Of a stretch of DNA of 64,000 nt, positions 49,730-58,681 are shown piece by piece. The notes under the pieces are model-generated. The model was not told the DNA's origin, made no database searches, and saw only the letters and a program-made list of their open reading frames with translations. Source of the stretch: an uncultured Candidatus Rokubacteria bacterium (GTDB lineage: Bacteria; Methylomirabilota; Methylomirabilia; Rokubacteriales; CSP1-6); assembly GCA_963758635.1 (NCBI GenBank), contig CAVWWD010000005.1, positions 544,001-608,000 of the forward strand, in the 5' to 3' direction. Within the stretch, counting starts at the first letter, position 1; every line of letters starts with the position of its first letter. The position numbers and the translations under genes are program-made.

Positions 49730-50883
49730 TAGGCCCGCACGGGCGACGCGCTCCGGAGCTTGGCCACGAGCGTCTCCACGGCGTCGACCACGTAGTCGAT
49801 GTCCTCGACGCTGGTGCCCCGGCCGAGGGAGCACCGGACCGCCCCCATCGCCCACGGGATGGGGATGCCCATCGCCACCAGCACGTACGAGGGCTCCACG
49901 TTCCCCGAGGTGCAGGCCGACCCGGCCGACACTCCGATTCCCTTCAGATCCAGCCCGAGAACGACCGATTCGGACTCCACCCGGTGGAAGGACATGTTGC
50001 ACGTGCCGGGCAGGCGATGCGTGGGGTGCCCGTTCACCCGCACCTCGGGCACGTGGGCGCTGACGCCCTCCCAGAGGCGGTCACGGAGGCCGGTGAGCCG
50101 CACCGCCTCGGCGGCCATGTCGCGGGCGCGGACCTCGACCGCCTTGCCGAAGCCCACGACCCCCGCCACGTTCTCGGTGCCGGCGCGGCGCCGGCGCTCG
50201 TGCTCCCCGCCGTGCTGGACCGACACCATCTTCGTGCCCCGGCGCACGTAGAGACCCGCCACGCCTTTGGGCCCGTAGATCTTGTGGCTGGAGAACGACA
50301 GGAGGTCGATGCCGAGCGCGTCCAGGTCCAGCGGGAGCTTGCCGAACGTCTGAACGGCATCCACGTGGAAGGGAATCCCGTGCTCGCGCGCGACGCGCCC
50401 GATCTCCGCGACGGGCTGGACCGTGCCGACCTCGGAGTTCGCGTGCATGACCGTCACGAGGATCGTCTCCGGCCGGACCGCGCGCCGGACGTCGTCGGGA
50501 TCGACGAGGCCGTGGCCATCCACGGGTAGGTACGTCACCGTGAAGCCCTGTTGTTCGAGCGCCTGGCAGGCGCGGAGCACCGCATGGTGCTCGATGGCGG
50601 AGGTCACGATGTGCCCTCCACGTCGGGCGGTGGCCACGCCCTTGACGGCGAGGTTGTCCGACTCGGTGCCGCCGGACGTGAAGACGATCTCCTCCTTGCT
50701 CACGCGCAGGAACGACGCGATCTGCTCGCGCGCCGCGTCCAGGCCCTCACGCGCCTCGCGGCCGAAGCCGTGGACGCTCGAGGGGTTGCCGAAGCGTTCG
50801 GTGAGATACGGAAGCATCGCGTCCAGCGCCTCGGGGTGCAGGGGCGTCGATGCGTTGTGATCGAGATAGACTCGTCGGCTCAT
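49729..50883 (-). CDS. Cysteine desulfurase (IscS/NifS group I), catalytic motifs intact
   Basis: LDHNASTP, EHHAV, DAVQ, SSHKIYGPKG, RAGTEN, SAGSAC. Confidence 0.95.
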   Translation of the reverse strand: MSRRVYLDHNASTPLHPEALDAMLPYLTERFGNPSSVHGFGREAREGLDAAREQIASFLRVSKEEIVFTSGGTESDNLAVKGVATARRGGHIVTSAIEHHAVLRACQALEQQGFTVTYLPVDGHGLVDPDDVRRAVRPETILVTVMHANSEVGTVQPVAEIGRVAREHGIPFHVDAVQTFGKLPLDLDALGIDLLSFSSHKIYGPKGVAGLYVRRGTKMVSVQHGGEHERRRRAGTENVAGVVGFGKAVEVRARDMAAEAVRLTGLRDRLWEGVSAHVPEVRVNGHPTHRLPGTCNMSFHRVESESVVLGLDLKGIGVSAGSACTSGNVEPSYVLVAMGIPIPWAMGAVRCSLGRGTSVEDIDYVVDAVETLVAKLRSASPVRA

Positions 50884-50912
50884 TGACCTCGTCCTCCTCG
50901 CGATGCTACGCT
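50883..50912 (+). promoter_or_regulatory. Candidate promoter of the dsrEFH-like genes
   Basis: TTGACC-18bp-TACGCT with TGn; ATG at 50922 without an SD. Confidence 0.5.
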
Positions 50913-50921
50913 GACGCCGGC

Positions 50922-51239
50922 ATGACGCTCGCCGGACGCAAGCTCGGACTGATGCTCTCCACCGCGCCCGAGCACGCCAACCTCGCCACCGCCGTCGGCC
51001 TCTCCTCCGCGGCCCTCGATCGCGGCCTCTCCGTGTACCTGTACCTGATCGACGATGCGGTCGCCGCCGTCGAGCACCCCCTCGTGCAGGGGCTGGCCGA
51101 CCGCGGCGCCAGGCTCTTCGTGTGCGCCTACGGCTGCCAGAAGCGCCGGCGGCCGCTGTCCGACCGGGCCACGAACTGCGGCCTCGTCGTGCTCGGCGAC
51201 GTGATCAGCGGAACGGACCGCTTCCTCTCCCTCAACTGA
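50922..51239 (+). CDS. DsrE/TusD-like sulfur relay protein
   Basis: YLYLIDDAV, LFVCAYGC (conserved Cys), GL..LGDVISGTDRFLS. Confidence 0.8.
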   Translation: MTLAGRKLGLMLSTAPEHANLATAVGLSSAALDRGLSVYLYLIDDAVAAVEHPLVQGLADRGARLFVCAYGCQKRRRPLSDRATNCGLVVLGDVISGTDRFLSLN

Positions 51240-51249
51240 CGGCCGCCGC

Positions 51250-51606
51250 GTGGCCGCCAGCCCCTCGGTGCTCGTGATCGTCTCGGAGGATCCGCGCGTG
51301 TCCCACCGCGCGAGCGAGGCGCTCAGGATCGCGCTCGGCGTCGCGGCCAGCGACATCGACGTCGTCGTGGTGCTGAGCGGGCCCGCCGCGCACCTGCTCG
51401 ATGCCGACACCGACGATCTGGTGGACGGCGACGACATCGCGAAGGTCCGCGGCTCCCTCCGCACGATGGGGGTCCGCATCCACGTCGCCGCGGACGCCAT
51501 CCCGGCCGACCCCGACTGGAATGCCGAAGGGCATCCCGTCACTCCGGTGGGCCCCGCGGACGTGGCCGCGCTCCTCGAGCGAACCACGCGCTCGATCGTG
51601 TTCTGA
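51250..51606 (+). CDS. DsrF/TusC-like protein
   Basis: VIVSEDP..SHRASEALRIALG; C-terminal SIVF; second gene of the trio. Confidence 0.65.
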   Translation: MAASPSVLVIVSEDPRVSHRASEALRIALGVAASDIDVVVVLSGPAAHLLDADTDDLVDGDDIAKVRGSLRTMGVRIHVAADAIPADPDWNAEGHPVTPVGPADVAALLERTTRSIVF

Positions 51607-51836
51607 TGCCCCGCCACCTGCACCTCCTCCGGTCCGACTCGGCCGGCGTCGCCGGCCCGGCGATCGAGGCCGGCGCGGCACGGCCGGACACCGAGATCAC
51701 CGTGGTGCTGCTCGACGACGCCCCGCCGCCCCGCCTCCCCGCGGCCGCCCGCGTGCTCACCCTCGGGGCGGGCGGCCTCGACTACGCGGCGCTCCTCGAC
51801 CTCATCTTCCAGAGCGACCACGTCGTCAGCTGGTGA
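51606..51836 (+). CDS. DsrH/TusB-like small protein
   Basis: VVLLDDA; C-terminal LDYAALLDLIFQSDHVVSW; TGATG coupling. Confidence 0.6.
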   Translation: MPRHLHLLRSDSAGVAGPAIEAGAARPDTEITVVLLDDAPPPRLPAAARVLTLGAGGLDYAALLDLIFQSDHVVSW

Positions 51837-51847
51837 GGCCGAGCCTC

Positions 51848-52048
51848 TCACCGGTCCCGGTGCTCCTCGACCCACCGCATCTGGATCGCCTCGAGGATCC
51901 CCTCGTTCGAGGCCTTGGGATCGTCGTTGAAGCCGGGGAGCTCGGTCACCCACCGGTGCAGGTCCGTGAAGCGCACGCCGAGGGGATCCGTGTCCGGGAA
52001 CGTCTCCATCAGGGCGATCGCGATGTCCTCGGCGTCCGACCATCTCAT
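51848..52048 (-). CDS. iscX: Fe-S assembly protein IscX
   Basis: MRWSDAEDIA, DPLGVRFTDLHRWV, ILEAIQ..W. Confidence 0.95.
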   Translation of the reverse strand: MRWSDAEDIAIALMETFPDTDPLGVRFTDLHRWVTELPGFNDDPKASNEGILEAIQMRWVEEHRDR

Positions 52049-52061
52049 GGCGCGGGCTCCC

Positions 52062-52384
52062 TCACTTCGGAATCTCGACCACGACGTCGCCCTTGACCAC
52101 GGCCTGGCAGCCGAGCCGCGAGTGCAGCGTCAGGCCTTCCGCGGTGTCGAGGCGATCCTCCTCGTCCGGCTCCATCGGCGACAGGTTCGCCTCCCCTTCC
52201 CGGACGATCACGTGGCACGTCGTGCACGCGCAGCTGCCGCCGCAGTTGTGCTCGAGGTGGATGTCGTTGGCCAGGGCGATGTCGAGCAGCGAGCCCGGAC
52301 GCCCGTGGTCGGCGAGGGGGTAGGCGTCCTCGTCCACCTCGACGGTCACGTTGAGCGGCAGGAAGGTCACCCGATGCCTGGCCA

Positions 52385-52388
<4 letters not shown>
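52062..52388 (-). CDS. fdx: ISC [2Fe-2S] ferredoxin
   Basis: HNCGGSCACTTCHV, SRLGCQ. Confidence 0.95.
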
Positions 52389-54188
<1,800 letters not shown>

Positions 54189-54211
<23 letters not shown>

Positions 54212-54779
54212 GCGTGTCCGTGTCCTCTCCCAGGGCTTCACCCAGGTCGTCGATCACCGTGCGCAGATAGGCGCGCGCGGCGAGCCGGGCCGTGAACCAC
54301 TCGAGGAGCGCGGATCGGTCGCCGGGCGCCGCCCGGTCCCACTCCGCGAAGCGCCCCACGATCGACCGATCCTCCCGTTCCCGCCACTCCACGAGGCGCC
54401 GGCGTTCGGCCTCGAGCCGCGCCCGCGTCTCGCCGTCGAGCCCGCCGGCCTTCGCCTCGAGCAGCGCTTCCTGGATCTCCATCATCTCCTCCAGGAGCTC
54501 CCGCGGCGCTCGCGGCTTCGCCTCCGCGCCCTCGCGCGTGTCCCGGCCCTCCTCGAGGCGGATCAGGTAGTCCACCCGGGCGAGCGGGTCACGCAGGGCG
54601 CGATAGGCCCGGTTCACCGCCGCGGACGCGTTCAAGGCCTGGGCCTGCGCGTCGGCCGGGGCCGCCTGATGGAAGTCCGGGTGGTGCGCGCGCGACAGCT
54701 CGTAGAAGCGCCGCTGCAGCGCGGCAGCGTCCACCTCGAGCTTCCGCGGAAGGCCGAACACCGAGAAGTAGTCGTCCAT
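54189..54779 (-). CDS. hscB: Co-chaperone HscB
   Basis: DYFSVFGL, HPD J-domain motif, NRAYRALRDPLAR. Confidence 0.94.
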
Positions 54780-54813
54780 ATCGTCACTGTCGGTCGGGCA
54801 GCCGCGCCCGAAA

Positions 54814-54842
54814 TGAGAACGGGCCCGCCGGGGCCCGTCTCA
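54814..54842 (-). terminator. Stem-loop between iscA and hscB (terminator or mRNA stabiliser)
   Basis: TGAGA-ACGGGCCC-GCCG-GGGCCCGT-CTCA, followed by TTT on the minus strand. Confidence 0.55.
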
Positions 54843-54889
54843 CAACTCTGGGGTCTGGCTCTCGCCCGACGCGCTACGCCACCCCCGTC

Positions 54890-55216
54890 CTACGCCGTGA
54901 ACGAGGTTCCACAGCCGCACGTCGATTTCGCCTGGGGGTTGACGAAGGTGAAGCCCCCCGTCAGCCCCTCCGTCACGTAGTCGAGCGTGATGCCGTTCAG
55001 GTAGAGGTAGCTCTTGGCGTCGCAGACCACAGGGACGCCATCGATCTCGAACTTCTTGTCGTGCTTGCCGACCTCGCTATCGAACTCCAGCGAGTACGAC
55101 AGGCCGGAGCAGCCTCCGCCCTTCACACCCATTCGAAGATAAACGTTCTCCAGGTTCTGCTCCTTGAGGAGCTTTCTCACCTGGGTCGCCGCCTTCTCCG
55201 TCAACGCCAGCGCCAT
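54890..55216 (-). CDS. iscA: A-type Fe-S carrier IscA/HesB
   Basis: GGGCSGLSY, FVNP, CGCGTSF. Confidence 0.95.
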   Translation of the reverse strand: MALALTEKAATQVRKLLKEQNLENVYLRMGVKGGGCSGLSYSLEFDSEVGKHDKKFEIDGVPVVCDAKSYLYLNGITLDYVTEGLTGGFTFVNPQAKSTCGCGTSFTA

Positions 55217-55244
55217 GTCGTTTTACCTCCCCGTTCGCTGCGTC

Positions 55245-55667
55245 CTAGGCTTGGGATGGCGCCGCGCCCGAGGGCGCTTCCGACGCCGTCCACTTGTCCT
55301 TGTAGTCGGCGAGGGCAGCCTTGATCGCGTCCTCGGCGAGCACGGAGCAGTGGATCTTCACCGGCGGAAGCTTCAGCTCGCTGACGATGTCGGTGTTCTT
55401 GATCTTCGCCGCCTCGTCCACCGTGCGGCCCTTCAGCCACTCCGTGGCGAGGCTCGATGAGGCGATGGCGCTGCCGCAGCCGAACGTCTTGAACTTCGCG
55501 TCCTCGATGACCCCCGTCTCGATGTTCACCTTGATCTGGAGCTTCATGACGTTGCCGCACTCCGGCGCACCCACCAGCCCCGTCCCCACGCCCGGGGTGC
55601 TCTTGTCGAACGACCCGACGTTGCGGGGGTTGCTGTAGTGATCGACCACCTTCTCGCTGTAGGACAT
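55245..55667 (-). CDS. iscU: Fe-S scaffold IscU (CGN in place of CGD)
   Basis: YSEKVVDHY.NPRNVG, APECGNVMKLQI, FGCGSAIASSS, LPPVKIHC. Confidence 0.96.
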   Translation of the reverse strand: MSYSEKVVDHYSNPRNVGSFDKSTPGVGTGLVGAPECGNVMKLQIKVNIETGVIEDAKFKTFGCGSAIASSSLATEWLKGRTVDEAAKIKNTDIVSELKLPPVKIHCSVLAEDAIKAALADYKDKWTASEAPSGAAPSQA

Positions 55668-55690
55668 GTTGGCTCGCCTCCCCGTCGCCG

Positions 55691-56917
55691 CTATTCGGCC
55701 TTCCAGTGGATGGACTTCAGATCCACGCCCTCTTTCGCCAGCTCGTAGAGCGGCGACATCTCACGCAGCCGGTGCACCACCTCCACCGTCCGTCCCGCCA
55801 CGTGGTCCACCTCGTCCTCCGTGGTGAACCGATGCACCCCGAAGCGGATCGACGAGTGGGCGAGCTCGGAGTCCACGCCCAGCGCCGAGATCACGTACGA
55901 CGGCTCGAGGGTCGCCGACGTGCAGGCGGAGCCGGAGGACAGGGCGACTTCCTTGTTCAGCCCCATGAGCACGGACTCGCCCTCGACGTAGGCGAACGAC
56001 ACGTTCAGATTGTGGGGGAGACGGCGCTCGGGATGTCCGTTGAGGAACGCCTCATCGACCTTGGACAGGATGGCCTCCTGCAGGCGGTCCCGGAGAACGG
56101 CCATGCGCTTGCTCTCCTCCGGCATGACCTCGCGGCAGATCTCCGCCGCGCGCCCGAAGCCCACGGCGAGAGGCACGGGGATCGTGCCGGAGCGCATGCC
56201 GCGCTCGTGTCCACCACCGTCCATCATGGCGGACAGGCGCACCCGCGGCCCCTTGCGGCGGACGTACAGCGCGCCCACGCCCTTCGGCCCGTACAGCAGG
56301 TGGGCGGTGCACGAGAGCAGATCGATGCCCATGCCCTCCACGTCGACCGGGACTTTGCCGACCGCCTGGGTGGCATCGGTATGGAAGATGATGCCCTTCT
56401 CCTTGGCGAGCTTGCCGATGTCCGCCACCTGCTGGACGGTCCCGATCTCGTTGTTCGCGAACATCACGGAGAGCAGGATGGTCTTCGGCGTGATGGCGGC
56501 CCGGAGCGCCTCCACGTCGACGAGGCCGTCCCGTCCGACGCCCACGTAGCTCACCTCGAACCCCTGGCGTTCGAGGCGCTTGCAGACGTCGAGGCCCGCG
56601 CGCTGCTCGATGCGGGTCGTGACGATGTGGTTGCCCTTCTCCCGGTACATCTCGGATACGCCCTTGAGAGCCAGGTTGATGGCCTCGGTGCCACCCGACG
56701 TGAAGATGATCTCCTTCGCGTCGCGGGCCCCGATCAGGCCGGCCAGCTGCTCACGGGCGCGGTCCACGCCGGATTCCGCCTCCCAGCCGAAGGAGTGGTT
56801 GCGGCTCGCCGGGTGACCGAACCGCTCGGTGAAGTACGGCAGCATGGCCTCGACCACGCGGGGATCCGCGGGGGTCGTGGACTGACTGTCCATGAAGATC
56901 GGGAACCTGACGGCCAT
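55691..56917 (-). CDS. iscS: IscS-like protein lacking the PLP-binding Lys and His
   Basis: IscS throughout (NNEIG, DATQ, YGPKG, SSGSACTS, REMSPLYE) but AHLLYGPKG and EQRAG. Confidence 0.9.
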   Translation of the reverse strand: MAVRFPIFMDSQSTTPADPRVVEAMLPYFTERFGHPASRNHSFGWEAESGVDRAREQLAGLIGARDAKEIIFTSGGTEAINLALKGVSEMYREKGNHIVTTRIEQRAGLDVCKRLERQGFEVSYVGVGRDGLVDVEALRAAITPKTILLSVMFANNEIGTVQQVADIGKLAKEKGIIFHTDATQAVGKVPVDVEGMGIDLLSCTAHLLYGPKGVGALYVRRKGPRVRLSAMMDGGGHERGMRSGTIPVPLAVGFGRAAEICREVMPEESKRMAVLRDRLQEAILSKVDEAFLNGHPERRLPHNLNVSFAYVEGESVLMGLNKEVALSSGSACTSATLEPSYVISALGVDSELAHSSIRFGVHRFTTEDEVDHVAGRTVEVVHRLREMSPLYELAKEGVDLKSIHWKAE

Positions 56918-56931
56918 GGTTCTGCCTCTCC

Positions 56932-57375
56932 TTATCTAATGTGGCTCAGCCGGGTCACGGGCGCCGGAACGAGGGGCTCCGCGACCAGCTCGGCCAGGCT
57001 CATCGTGTCCAGCAGGCTGCTGATGCTCTTCTGGATCTTCTGGACGGGCCCCCGCAGGTTGCATCGCTCGTACTGCGGGCAGTCGTCCGTGGTCAAGCAA
57101 CTGACGATGCGCACCGGACCCTCGAGCGCCCTGACGACCTCCCCGACGGTGATCGCCTCCTGCGGCCGGGCCAGCACGTAGCCGCCCTTGGGACCGTTGT
57201 GGCTGACGATCAGGCTCTTTTTCGCCAGCTTCTGGAGGATCTTGGCGAGGAGCTCGCCGGGGATCTTGAATTCCTCGGCGATACGCTTGGCGCTGACCGC
57301 GCCGTCCGGCGATTGAGCCGCGATGTAGTGCACGGCCATCAGTCCGTAGTCGGCGCGCTTGGTGAATCTCAGCAT
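56932..57375 (-). CDS. Rrf2 family (IscR-like) regulator with three Cys
   Basis: DYGL, LAKILQKL, GPKGGYVL, CX5CX5C; heads the isc operon. Confidence 0.93.
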   Translation of the reverse strand: MLRFTKRADYGLMAVHYIAAQSPDGAVSAKRIAEEFKIPGELLAKILQKLAKKSLIVSHNGPKGGYVLARPQEAITVGEVVRALEGPVRIVSCLTTDDCPQYERCNLRGPVQKIQKSISSLLDTMSLAELVAEPLVPAPVTRLSHIR

Positions 57376-57407
57376 CCCTGATCTCTTCTCCCTGCCGGCC
57401 ATTGTAT

Positions 57408-57469
57408 CCGACCATTTCGGTCGGCGACCATCAGAGTCGGAGTTTGCCAGGGCGATCGGCGCGTGTCAA
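57408..57469 (-). promoter_or_regulatory. isc promoter with two adjacent GAC-N7-GTC Rrf2-type operator boxes
   Basis: TTGACA (57469-64)-17bp-CAAACT (57446-41); boxes CCGACCATTTCGGTCGG (57408-24) and CGACCATCAGAGTCGG (57425-40). Confidence 0.7.
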
Positions 57470-57511
57470 GCCGGAGCCGTTGATCGAGGCGGCCCAAAAC
57501 CGCCTGTGCGG

Positions 57512-58507
57512 TCAGGTACTTGAAACCCAGGCGTCCCGGAGCGTCCGCGCCGCGTCCTCGGGCGGGGTGTCGTTGACGTAGATCCCGCCAATCCTGGTCA
57601 ACCGGTCGGGGGACGGGGTGATCTCGACGTGCCAGTGGTAGTCCTCGGCGATGGTCGCCCACTCGCCGGGGAGCACCTTGGCTCCCTGGTTCGGCGCGGT
57701 GTAGAGCATCATCTCGAAGGGGGGATCGGCCATCCGCTCGGACAACGTCCTGAAGTAGCCGGTGAGGACGGCGGCGAGGTCGGAGAGGGCTTCACCACCG
57801 ATCGCCCCCTCGTAGGCGCACGCATGCTGCCGGGGGAGGATCCACACCTCGAACGGCGAGCGGGAGGCGTAGGGCACGAGGAGCACGAAGTGGCTGGTGA
57901 CGCGGACGATGCGCTCCTCCGCGGCCACCTCCTGCCGGATGATGTCGCAATACACGCACCGCCGCTTGTACTGGAAGTACTCGCGGCACACGTCGAGCTT
58001 GCGCCGCGTCTCATCGAAAATGATCGGGATCGCGGTCAGACGCGAGTACGGGTGGCTGATCCGCGAGCCGCGATGACGGTAGCGGCGCGTCACGAGGATG
58101 TCGCGGATCGCCACGTCGCGCTTGAGGTCGCCGATGCGCTCGCCGTACATCCAGAGCACCTGCTCCCACTGGGCGTGGCCCATGGTGGCGGGTGACGCGT
58201 CGTGCTGCGGGCTCTCCACGATCAGCTCCGTCGCGCCGCGTGGCGGGATCGTATCGTAGAGCCCGACGCCCTCGCGCCGGAGCGGCAGTTCGATGCGGAA
58301 GTACGGATCCGCCTCGGGGATGACGCGGACGGACCAGCCGGGGCCGTCGGGCGCGGAGCCTTCCTTTCGGTACGCGGCGATCTCCGACGGCGTCGCGCTC
58401 TCGTTGCCGGGACAGAATGGACACGCGCTCGCGGGGGGCGGGCCCGTTCGCGGCGGTCGGACGAGGACCCATTGACCGCGGGTCGGGTCCTTCCGGAGGC
58501 CGCTCAT
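57512..58507 (-). CDS. GalT-like (galactose-1-phosphate uridylyltransferase family) protein with an altered active-site motif
   Basis: LRKDP...WV, CPFCPGNE, ELIVESPQH, CVYCDI, YHWHVEI; HPYSR in place of HPHxQ. Confidence 0.85.
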   Translation of the reverse strand: MSGLRKDPTRGQWVLVRPPRTGPPPASACPFCPGNESATPSEIAAYRKEGSAPDGPGWSVRVIPEADPYFRIELPLRREGVGLYDTIPPRGATELIVESPQHDASPATMGHAQWEQVLWMYGERIGDLKRDVAIRDILVTRRYRHRGSRISHPYSRLTAIPIIFDETRRKLDVCREYFQYKRRCVYCDIIRQEVAAEERIVRVTSHFVLLVPYASRSPFEVWILPRQHACAYEGAIGGEALSDLAAVLTGYFRTLSERMADPPFEMMLYTAPNQGAKVLPGEWATIAEDYHWHVEITPSPDRLTRIGGIYVNDTPPEDAARTLRDAWVSST

Positions 58508-58516
58508 GACCCGGCA

Positions 58517-58545
58517 ACCTTAGAGAAGCACGGAGGGCAAGTCAA
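58517..58545 (-). promoter_or_regulatory. Promoter of the GalT-like gene, near-leaderless
   Basis: TTGACT-17bp-TAAGGT, ending 10 nt before ATG 58507. Confidence 0.55.
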
Positions 58546-58602
58546 GGACGGCGGTCGCGCCGGCGCCGTGGACGCGATCGCGTCCGCCCCGAGCGGAGGC
58601 TA

Positions 58603-58681
58603 ATGACCCTCGCAGAATGCGCTAACCGCCACGGGCCTCTACAGTCCAACCGCTCGGCATAGTCTGATGCGCGGGGCTCAC
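58603..58681 (-). repeat. 79-bp copy of the element, TA-flanked, fused to the TPR gene TAG
   Basis: Minus strand TA|GTGAGCCCCGCGCATCAGACTATGCCGAGCGG...TGCGAGGGTCAT|TA. Confidence 0.93.
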
